Origin: Chrysemys picta bellii
Lineage: Eukaryota
DNA: 64,000 nucleotides
Direction of reading: 5' to 3'
NCBI RefSeq assembly: GCF_011386835.1
Contig: NC_088792.1
Span: forward strand, 233,740,001-233,804,000
Position numbers and translations under genes: made by a program. The notes below the pieces were generated by a model, which was not told the DNA's origin, did no database searches, and saw only the letters and a list, made by a program, of their open reading frames with translations. Below, in pieces: positions 50,969 through 60,770 of the stretch. Every line of letters starts with the position of its first letter. Positions within the stretch are counted from its first letter, which is position 1.

Positions 50969-53756
50969 ATTGATCTTCCTCAGCAAAGCACTCTTGCGGT
51001 ACACACACCAGTTTCAGCTGGGACCCAACTCCAGGTTGAGAAGAAACTTGGCTGTGCTTATGGGTTTCTGCATAAAGTTAAAATGCGGAATAATGTGATG
51101 CCTGTATGACAGAAATTACGGTGCTTACCATTTTCAGTCAGGGAAGCTGTTTCAGAGGAACTTAGAAAACTTGTTCAAAAGAACATTATTGAAAAGATTA
51201 ACTCCTCAGCATGGGTTTCACCTATAGTAGTGACGCAGAAGAAGGGTGGAGACATTCGCCTTTGTGTAGACTTAAGGGAGCCAAATAAAGCTATTGTGAT
51301 TGACAGCCACCCTCTTCCTCACATAGAAGAAGTATTTGCAGAACTCCGTGGAGCAAAGATGTTTTCTACTCTTGATTTGCAGAGCGCATACCACCAGGTT
51401 ATGTTGAATGAAGATAGCAGAGACCTCACAGCATTTATTACACATGAGGGACTATTTCATTTTAAACGTGTTCCGTACGGTCTCGCATCAGCCCCAAGTG
51501 CCTTCCAAAAAATGATGTAATTGATTCTGAAGAATCAACATGGAGTTCAGTGCTATTTGGATGATATTATTGTGGTTGGAAATATTACTGAGGAGCATGA
51601 CAATAACCTGCAGTCTGTACTAAACTGCATCAGCAAAGCAGGCCTCAAGCTCAATAGGTCCAAATGCAAATTTAGACAAACTGAGCTCTCCTTTCTGGGG
51701 CATATAATTTCACAGGCTGGACTAAAACCTGATCCAGATCATATCCTGGCAATTTCAAATGCTCCTCCTCCAACAGATTTGCAAACCTTACGTTCCTTCT
51801 TGGGTCTTACCTCCTTGTATGCAAAATTCATTCCCAATTATGCTTCTGTCATTGAACCGTTATGAGAATTACTACGGAGAAGTTCAACGTTAGTGTGGAC
51901 AACGGATGCACAAGCTAGTTTCGAAAGGGTGAAAGATTTGATTGTACATAGTCCAGTACTTGCACTATTCAATCCCGCATTGTCCACTATTGTAACTACG
52001 GATGCTTCTGATTATGGACTTGGGGCTGTCCTCACACAACTTCATGAGGACAACACAGAGCGGACTGTTGCATTTGCTTCAAGGACACTGAGTAATGCTG
52101 AGAGAAAATATTCTACAGTTGAAAAAGAAGCACTTGCTTGTGTCTGGGCTACTGAAAAATGGAGAACTAACCTGTGGGGATGCATGTTCAAGTTGTGCAC
52201 AGACCACAGCCCTTTGACGACATTGCTCACCACGAAAGGACTGGGAAGAGCAGGATACCATATTGCTAGATGGTCTGCAAGACTACTCTCTTTCAATTAT
52301 GAACTGGAACATAAGCCTGGAAACGAAAATGTGGTAGCTGATTGCCTTTCTCACCTGCCTTTGCCTTCACCAGATGGTCCACCGGAGGATGAGGATGTAG
52401 TAGTTGTGCCTATTACAAGCACTCTCACTGCAGTTATAAGAGAACAATTTCAAGCTGCTTGTTCAGTGTGTCCAATTCAACAAAAACTACGGGAATATCT
52501 GACAGAGGTGGCCCAGTAACCCTAAAAACCTTGACCCAGTTTTGCTGCCTTATTTTAGAGTTTGGGATGAACTTTCTTTGCTCGATTTGCTGTGTGCTAT
52601 GAGGTACACAGCGGCTACTTGTGCCAGAAGAATTACAGTCAAAACTCATACACCTGGCACATGATACTCATCAAGGAATTGTCAGAACCAAACAACGACT
52701 ACAGGATCTGTATTGGTGGCCAGGGATGAACTCTCAAACTTAAGCACTCATAAAATCCTGTGTCACTTGCCAAATGCATGATAAGACAGAAGTGACATGT
52801 ACCCCTCCATTACAGCCTGTTCCTCTTCCTGAATCTGCATGGGAAAAAGTGGCGATTGACATTGTAGGACTCTTTGATACTGCTCCAACTGACTGTTGTT
52901 ATGCCATCACTTTAATAGACTATTTCAGCAAATGGCCTGAGGCAGCGTTTACATCGCAAATTTCTTCTGCTACAGTAATTAAGTTCCTTTCTTCAGTTTT
53001 TAGCCGGGAAGGTAACCCCAAAGAACTGGTTTCAGATAATGGTAGTCAATTTACTTCCCTGGAGTTTGAAACTTTTCTAGCAGAGAGGAACATTTTACAC
53101 AGGAGGTCATCCCTATATTACCCTCAAGTCAATGGGGAAATCGAACGGTTTAACAGAAGTTTGAAAGAGAGTTTGCAAACAGCTAAACTGGAAGGGCGAT
53201 TGTGGATACCCTTCACTACTGATTTCTTGCAAGCATACTGGGCTACACGACATGCCACAATGCAAAGATCACCCACAGAGTTACTGCATGGGAAACAGCT
53301 GAATACTAAACTGAACATTGCTGGATTGTTAAAGGCACGATCTGATGCCCCAAACAAGGATGATGTGAGAAAGACAGTTGAACAGAACCAAGCAAAGTCT
53401 AAGGCTTTTACAGACAAATGGCGGGTGCTAAGGAACCAAAGTTTGAGTGTGGTTCCTTCGTTAGAATACGAAAACCTGGAATCTTATGCAAAGGGGACAA
53501 TAAATTCAAAGCTCCTCTTAAAATCATAGAGAAGAAGGGACCTTACACCTATCGACTTTCTGATGGGCGGGTATGGAATGCTTCTTATCTTGCACCTGCC
53601 TATGCACCAAGAGGAGATTATGCCAACACCCAATCTGCACTGGATGACTTCACAGTAGAACCAACACAACAAGACATTGCACTGGAACCGGGGCTTGAGA
53701 GACGGCCTGTCAGACTCAGACGATCACCTGCCTGGACTAAAGACTATGTTATGTAG
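50969..53756 (+). pseudogene. pol: Pol: RT, RNase H and integrase, with stops and frameshifts
   Basis: RT: WVSPIV, RLCVDLR, LDLQSAYHQ, YLDD. RNase H: TDASDYGLGAVL, EKEALA, TDH. Integrase: HHCC (HDTHQG...CVTC), IDIVG / SDNGSQF / NGEIER, and a GPY-type C-terminus. Confidence 0.95.
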
Positions 53757-53865
53757 TATCTACAGTGTTTTCGGTGTAATACTCCTGCCAACAGTATAAT
53801 GTCTTGTTTCATATTTGTTCCTGTGGTTAGAACAACAATGTTTATTTTAATTTGGAAAGTTTCTT

Positions 53866-53878
53866 GAGAGAGGAGGGA
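53866..53878 (+). promoter_or_regulatory. Polypurine tract
   Basis: GAGAGAGGAGGGA, one nt before the 3' LTR. Confidence 0.9.
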
Positions 53879-53879
53879 T

Positions 53880-54121
53880 TGTGGTGTTTAGATGCTGCAT
53901 GTTGGGAGCACTGGGAGCATCTAAACACCACATTCCCTCCTCTCTCAACTGGGAGCACTGGTTGTTAGGAGTCTGAAAGGACAGGAAACAGGAAGGAGGG
54001 GGAGGAGTTGAGGAGGCTGAGTGAGAGTTACAGAGTGTGCAGCTACAGCTTGGTAAAGAGATTTCCACTGTAAATAAAGTTCTGTTGAAGTTTGTTAATC
54101 CCTTGCCTGGGTGATACAACA
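53880..54121 (+). repeat. 3' LTR (242 bp, includes a 44-nt templated replacement)
   Basis: Aligns to the 5' LTR except at 53903-53946. Confidence 0.96.
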
Positions 54122-54333
54122 CAGCCTCAGCCCCCTTACCTCTCTCCGCTCCTGGAACTGCGGCCTCTCTCCCATCCCTGGCTCTGGGGGCAGAGGCACA
54201 GAGAGGGGAAAGGGGAAGCATGAGGTAAAAAGTTTGGGGACCACTGGTTTAGAGTGTAGCAGGGAAAGAAGCATCACTGCCAGGGAGGACCCTTCTGTTC
54301 TCCACATTCCTACCCAAAGGAAAGACTTTGAGT

Positions 54334-54394
54334 CCTTTTGGATTTCTGGGACACTGAAAAGTGTCATCTCAGCAGAGACCAGAAATCCAGGAGG
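54334..54394 (+). other. T-shaped three-way-junction palindrome of unknown origin
   Basis: 16-bp stem (14 Watson-Crick, 2 G-T) enclosing GACACT-GAAA-AGTGTC, one unpaired A, and TCTC-AGCA-GAGA. The structure is read directly; function unknown. Confidence 0.8.
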
Positions 54395-57300
54395 CTGAGG
54401 AGAGTCACAGTCAGACTGCCCAGAGCCAGCCTAACTGCACATTGGAATCCAGACCAGAGAGCCATTTTACCATCCTTGGTGTGAATACTTTGTAAGAACA
54501 CCCTTGTTTGTTTATTTTGCTATTTAGTTTTAAGCTGGCCACTGACTTCAGTGCTGCACTACCCACCAAAGACTGAGCATACACTCACTATTTGCCTCAG
54601 CAGGTGTTGGGAAGGAGTGGTTTGTATTGGCTCTACATTAGGGAGAGGTGGAATTTATGTATATTTTTTGTCTTTCAGTATCTTGATTCCTTTTTCCATT
54701 GTTCCCTATCCCGAATTCCCCAAACCTAATAAAGTCCGGGGTATTGTTTCATTACTCTGGAAATTATGATAGTTATTTTATTTCTTGTGCTCTGACTGAC
54801 ATTCCTCTGTAGCAGACTATGTGCTAAATATTGTCCCAAGGAACAAGTCCTCTGTGTTCTTTGCACTAATAGGGGGTTCCTTGGGTGGAGGCACCAGGTG
54901 ACCTTATAGGTGAGCCCACGACCATAAGCCTGAAGAGAAAAGGGAGAAGGCTGCAGCGACACCTCTAGGGTGGGGTGGGGTGAGAGTAGAGTAATTTATA
55001 AAGAATAAATAGTAAAGTCACATCTTTGTCAGATTCTCAAGGCAATAATAACCCTCATAGTTTTACAAAAAAAAAATCACAAAATTAATTTCAAGTGAAG
55101 AAGTTGGAATAGAAATCATTGCTAGTGAAAGTTTAATTTAAAAATATTCTTTTTGTGTCACTTAGGTGTTATTCAGCTCTCGCTCATGGTCACACCCAAT
55201 TTTCCAGCCAGTACTGTGCAAAGACAAGGGGCCAGTTCCTCAGCTGTTATCAATTGGTACATTGATTTTCACTGGCTGGAGTTGTGGCCCTTGGTGATTT
55301 GGTTGCATAGTACTAATAGCTCAAACCTTGGACCATATTTCAAAGTCAGCCATATACAAATATTTACACATGCGTAATTCAGACCTACAAATGCCAAATG
55401 TGTACATGCAAACCAAGTATTATTGTATCTACTTGGCTGGTTTGGCAATGGTATTTTGTAAGTGTTATTTGCATGCATGAGCCAAGCAAATATTTGTGCA
55501 TGCTTTACTTTAAAAATTTGGCTCCTCTTCTCCCTAAAGCAGCTAGTTCCAATAGGCCTCACTCAACCACTGTGTAAGCTTATTGGAAGACTCTCAGAAG
55601 GCCAATGACCTAATTCTCCATTCATTCATATTAGTTTTACACTGGTGCAACTCCACTGACTTCAGCAGAATAACTCACAGTTTGTGTATGTGAGAGGGGA
55701 ATCCAGGTGTATGTGAAAAAAGAATCTCTTGTATTTCAAGATATGTCACCATCTAGATTTGAGAAGCACCTCTGAATAAATATATGGGCCAGGCTAGTAA
55801 CAGTTTCAGTTAGTGAGATTAAAAACCTTTGGATAGTCTTAGCTAGGAATAGAACTGGGCACAAAGCTGATTTTTCAGTTTGGTGGCAGTTCTGAAAAAT
55901 TGAATATTGGTTTGGGTAAAAAGTCCATTTTGTGTCTGTTCCAGAGAGGAAATTTAACCGGGGTCCCCCACATTCCATTTGAGTGCCTTAATCACTGGGT
56001 TAAGGCTCTTGGGGATGGGGGGGTGGGGAGTGTCAGCACACAGCAACAGCACAGTCCCACCACCACCTCCTCCTCTTCTTTTGGCTGTTTTATGAATGGC
56101 CAAAACTATTCATGCCAAATTCGTGAATACTTTTGGGTCTCCCAAAGCTGCATTTTTCTGTAGAATAAACTATTTGTTTGAAAAATGTCACCCTGTTTTA
56201 GCTAAGAACAGTATCGCATACCTGTATGCGGAAATGGACTCTAGTGGCTTGATTCTGAACTCACTTTCACTGGTGTAAATCAGAAGAAAATTCAGGGAAG
56301 TCAATGCAGTTTCTTGGGTGTGAGAGCAAAATTTGGGCTAGCACATTTTTTTTCTTTGAACAGGCTTGGGGCAGTGATGTGTGTTCATGTGGTTCTTAAC
56401 TGCTACTGCCACAAAATGCAGCTATCACATATTATTTCTCTTTTTTCAGTCACTCCATTTTCACAACAAGAGATCTAAAGGACAGAGAGTTATATTACAT
56501 CTCACACCATTATGAATGACAAATTTGTAAATGATTGGGTGCAGAAATAGGGAAAACCTGAATATAAAGAAGTTAGATTTTTATCACATGTTATACTGTT
56601 AAGTGATTATCTGAGAAAAAACTGTACCATGGAGCAAGTGATTTATGTTAATTTCCTATCCATAAGAATGGGCATACATTATACTGAGGAAACTAGACAT
56701 TTTAAACTGGTTAATGCAGTAAAAAATGATGGCTTGAATAGCTTGATTGTTCTTCTTTTTAAAGAAAAAGCAGCTATCAGAATGGGATTTTTTTAATAGA
56801 AATTAAAATGTTTTCAGTTAACACTTAAAATGTTAGGTTTATAGAGAAAATAAAGTCAAAATACATAAAACCACTGCAGAGCTTGCACTTGAATATTTTA
56901 AATATTAAAATCTGATCTGCCATTTTAAAAAAAGGAATGAAATTCACCTTTGAAAAATAATCAAACTGGGGTGTTATTTTGTTACAGTTATGTAATTCAG
57001 ATCACAAAAATCCATTTTTATCTCTAGAGAGTTCTGTGAGTTTTTTTTAAGATCTGGGCTCTACACATTATATAGTGTGTGTGTGTTGACATTATACATA
57101 TATCTTGTGTGTGTGTGTAAAATAATGCCCACAAACACAGGGCGTATAACAGTGTCAATATCTTGAGATATTGAGAAAAGCAGAATTTACTTGAGATAAA
57201 AATGCGCTGTCACAATTTTAGCTCTGGGTAATGTTATTTTAAATTTTTTAGTGCCAGCTTGTGATAGGATCTTAAATGTTTTTTTTCTTAAAGAGGCAAG

Positions 57301-57734
57301 TATAAGAATCCCTCTCTTTGTTTCTCCTGCACAACTGTAGGCCCTGAGTTTAAGGAAGTGGTGGGCCCATGACCCTGCTGTGCTCTGCATTGGCCTGTGG
57401 AGCCAGGGAGCAGTGCGGAGGGTACACCATTCGGAAGGAAAACATGAATTGGAAGGCTGTTTTAAGCATAAAAGATGATATGAAAGAAGACACAAAGTTG
57501 GAAGTGGATGAAGGAGGCAAAGGTAGAAGTGAAGAGAAAAACTTGTAAGAGTAGGATGATGTGTGGGAAAAGATGCATGGTATTATGGTATTATGAGGGG
57601 ATGAGATGAAGACAAAGTTTGAACTTGATGTGGAAGGAGAAGAGACTAGCAATACTTAGCACATTTTTTTAATGTTGAAGATAAAGTACTATGATCTTGC
57701 CTGCAACATACGGTAATTTGGGAGAAGAAATGAG

Positions 57735-58081
57735 CAGAGCTGGGTGAACAACAGATATATTTGATTCACTGGCAATTCTGAAAAGTTGAAAAAAAAATAG
57801 TTTTGAGTAGAACGTAATTATTTTGTCTGACCTGAAATAAAACATTTAAAAAGTGCTTGAAATATAAATGAATATTTTAAAATAAAAAAAAAATAATGAA
57901 TGGAAATTTCAAAAAATCAAAATGTTTCTTTTAGAAAATATCAAAAGGAAACATAATGTATTGATGTGTGCATGTGTATTTGAACTGAAACAATTTGGTG
58001 AAATTAGCACAAATTTAGTGTAGCCGAATCTGTATTTTTTGATGAAAAAAAGCTTTGGTCAAAAAAGTTTGCCCAGGTCTA
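57735..58081 (-). mobile_element. Non-autonomous hAT-like element (TAGAGCTGGG family, reverse orientation)
   Basis: Ends CAGAGCTGGG / CCCAGGTCTA. Reverse complement similar to 37018-37428. No TSD match. Confidence 0.58.
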
Positions 58082-58334
58082 CAGGACCGCCGATGGGGTC
58101 GGGGGGGAGCGGTGGAGGGGGAAGGAGGCAATTGCCCAGAGGAATTCTGACTTCTGAGGCCCAGGGTGTGGAATAGCCGGTCCATGGCTCTTCTGCAGCC
58201 CATCCCTGAGGCTCCAGGAAGGCCCTGGCCCTTGGGCCTGGAATTCCTGTTGGCGGGCCTGCAGGTCTAGCAATGAGATACAGAGAGACAGCTGACAGTA
58301 GTCACAGAAGGGGGTGAGGGAGTTGGGGGTGGGT

Positions 58335-58336
<2 letters not shown>

Positions 58337-58382
<46 letters not shown>
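58337..58382. repeat. (AC)23 microsatellite
   Basis: Direct read. Confidence 0.98.
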
Positions 58383-58386
<4 letters not shown>

Positions 58387-59088
58387 AACCTGTGCTGCCT
58401 TCTACCTAACACACCTTTGTGCTGTATGTCTTCTAGTTGTTCCCTTGTGGCATGCTGACTTGCTGCTTGACCACCCACTGATACACTGCTGCCCAGCATT
58501 TGGCCATTTCCATTTGATGCAGCTGCTGTTCCATGTTCACTCACAGCTGCCAGCCTGTCTCTCTCATTATTGTGATGAACATCCAAAAAATCCCCCAACA
58601 ACAACAAAACCCTTTATTTTTCCTCCCTTCTTTGCCTGCTCTAGTTATACAATTCTGCCCTCAATCCCCTACTGAAAATTGTTTTCCAAATCCAAATCCC
58701 TCCTGTAGAATATGATCTCTGAACAGGAATATCATCTGAAGAAGACTGGTTTATTTGACAATCCTTACCTAATATACTCATCCACAAATATACTTGGATA
58801 TCTATTACATATTTAGTTGTTTCTGTTTAGAGAGATTTCTGCTGGTGACAAGTTCACATGCTATAGAAGGCTTATGAGGCACAATGAGGTCTAAACAGTG
58901 CGATTGTCAACTGGGAGATTGTTTATAAAGCTCCTTTCTTTAGATTTGAGAATCAAACAGTGAACCTCAGCCTTTCCAGGTCATTAATTGGTGGCACAGA
59001 GTCAGTGGAGGAAGTGGACGTATTTTGGTACTCATGGGTTGAGGGTATTTTACTTCCAACACATCTCTAAACCATAACCAAAAGCATC

Positions 59089-59199
59089 TAGGGTGACCAG
59101 ATAGCAAGTGTAAAAAATCAGGACAGAGGGTGGGAGGTAATAGGTGCCTATATAAGAAAAAGGACTGTCCCTATAAAATCGGGGCATCTGGTCATCCTA
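59089..59199. mobile_element. hAT MITE, 111 bp
   Basis: TIRs TAGGGTGACCAGAT / ATCTGGTCATCCTA. Perfect 8-bp TSD AAAGCATC (59081-59088, 59200-59207). Confidence 0.92.
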
Positions 59200-59602
59200 A
59201 AAGCATCTGAACATTAAAGATTCTGCAGCATCTTCAGAATCATCAGAAAGCCTCTGTAAAATAGCTGAACCTTGACTCAGCCCCTAAGGGGCTATTATAA
59301 AACCATTTTGTGAAAGTAAAGTAGAATGTTGGGTGGGAAAAAGAATAACAGATTTTGTCACTCTCAAAATATGTTCAGATTCAACCTTCACTAACCCCAT
59401 TGTGTAAAACATACTGGATATTATTAAGAGAAAGGTTGCAAGTGTAAATATACTTATTCTCAATGAAATCAACACCATCAAACTGATTTGTAACTATTCC
59501 CTTAATACTGCTATAAACTTTACTGCAGTGAAAACACTGGCTATATAGATTGCTTTCCTCTTCCTCAGGATGTGTTTCACCTTTGTGGCATTGCCACTAT
59601 AA

Positions 59603-59790
59603 NNNNNNNNNNNNNNNNNNNNNNNNNNNNNNNNNNNNNNNNNNNNNNNNNNNNNNNNNNNNNNNNNNNNNNNNNNNNNNNNNNNNNNNNNNNNNNNNNN
59701 NNNNNNNNNNNNNNNNNNNNNNNNNNNNNNNNNNNNNNNNNNNNNNNNNNNNNNNNNNNNNNNNNNNNNNNNNNNNNNNNNNNNNNNNNN
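59603..59790. other. Assembly gap (188 N)
   Basis: Direct read. Confidence 1.
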
Positions 59791-60544
59791 TAGCTGGCTC
59801 TTGGGTGCCACCCAGTGATTGATTTAACAGCAGGTTTATAACGGTGTCTGTGGTGCACCACAGGCCATGTTAATAAGCAGCACTGATCACAGGAGATCAG
59901 AAACAAGAATGTTAGGAAGTTTAGGGAGATTCATGACATGTTAAATCTGAACCTGTGAATAGTAAGCTTTATTTCTGATATATTTAGTGCTTGGGAGATT
60001 TCTATGCACAGCACCACTCCTGTTTGTTTCATGGAGTAACTTACTGATCAAAAAAGCTCTTCAGATGTTTATTCCTATGAAGAAAAGGTATAAATTTTCG
60101 ATCCTTCAATTTGTTGCATTGTTTTTCTCCCCAGATGTTCTAAGGTTATTTATTTACTCTGAGAGCTAGTGACAAGTTTATCAACATCTAATATTTGTGA
60201 GGCACTCACTGGATGCAATGGCAATGGATGATGTGGAAATAAATAGATTACACAGGACAGACACACACAGCCAGTGACTGACTCGTCAAGGGAGTGTTCA
60301 TTCCTCCAGCACAGAAAGATATAAAGTGTGTAGAAAGAAGTTATTTCTTTGGCTTCTGATGCAAGCAGAGTACATGCTTTTTGTGCTGATTATCTTTGAA
60401 AGAGTTGAAAAAAGATGGAAGAGAAAGTAGTGAGGGAACAAACAGGTCATAAAGTGGGCATGAGGACACAGTGTAATGAAAAGGCTGATGCCTATATGTA
60501 TCATTGCTCCGAATGGAATATTTATATCAGCCCGGGCATAATGA

Positions 60545-60770
60545 GATCCGCTGGTTAGAAGCTTAAACTAGATGACAAAAAGACTAGAAATAAGGTGAAA
60601 AATTTTAACAGAGAGGATAATTAACCATTGAAACGACTTACCTAAAGATGTGGGAAATTCACTAGGGCTTGATTTAAAGACTGGATGTCTTTTCCAAAAG
60701 CTATGTTGTAGCGCAAACAGAAGTTATGGGCTTGATGGAGAAATGGTCCCTTAAGGCCTATGAATCTTTA
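60545..60770 (+). mobile_element. Old CR1 3' end fragment
   Basis: GAAATAAGGTGAAAAATTTTAACAGAGAGGATAATTAACCATTGAAACGACTTACCTAAAGATGTGG is the sense-strand CR1 3' end. Confidence 0.62.

Larger units (their letters stand above)
49554..54121 (+). mobile_element. Full-length decayed Gypsy (Metaviridae) LTR retrotransposon, Mag-like
   Basis: TG...CA LTR pair, perfect 5-bp TSD CAGCC (49549-49553, 54122-54126), PBS, PPT, domain order Gag-PR-RT-RH-IN, no env. Confidence 0.97.
49403..54246. mobile_element. hAT MITE split by the Gypsy insertion (parts 49403-49553 and 54127-54246)
   Basis: Right TIR GTTTGGGGACCACTG. 8-bp repeat GTTTAGAG at 49395-49402 and 54247-54254. Left part homologous to the reverse complement of 48280-48380. 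Left TIR missing. Confidence 0.7.

Noticed and set aside
54384-54400. CAGGAGGCTGAGG as a 7SL/Alu-domain fragment
   Set aside because: A short match only; the rest of the Alu domain is absent.
58302-58675. Protein-looking ORFs adjoining the (AC)23 tract
   Set aside because: No acceptor upstream on the minus strand, no recognised domain, and they are extended artificially by the microsatellite.
59494-59906. ORFs spanning the N run
   Set aside because: Artefacts of untranslatable gap bases.
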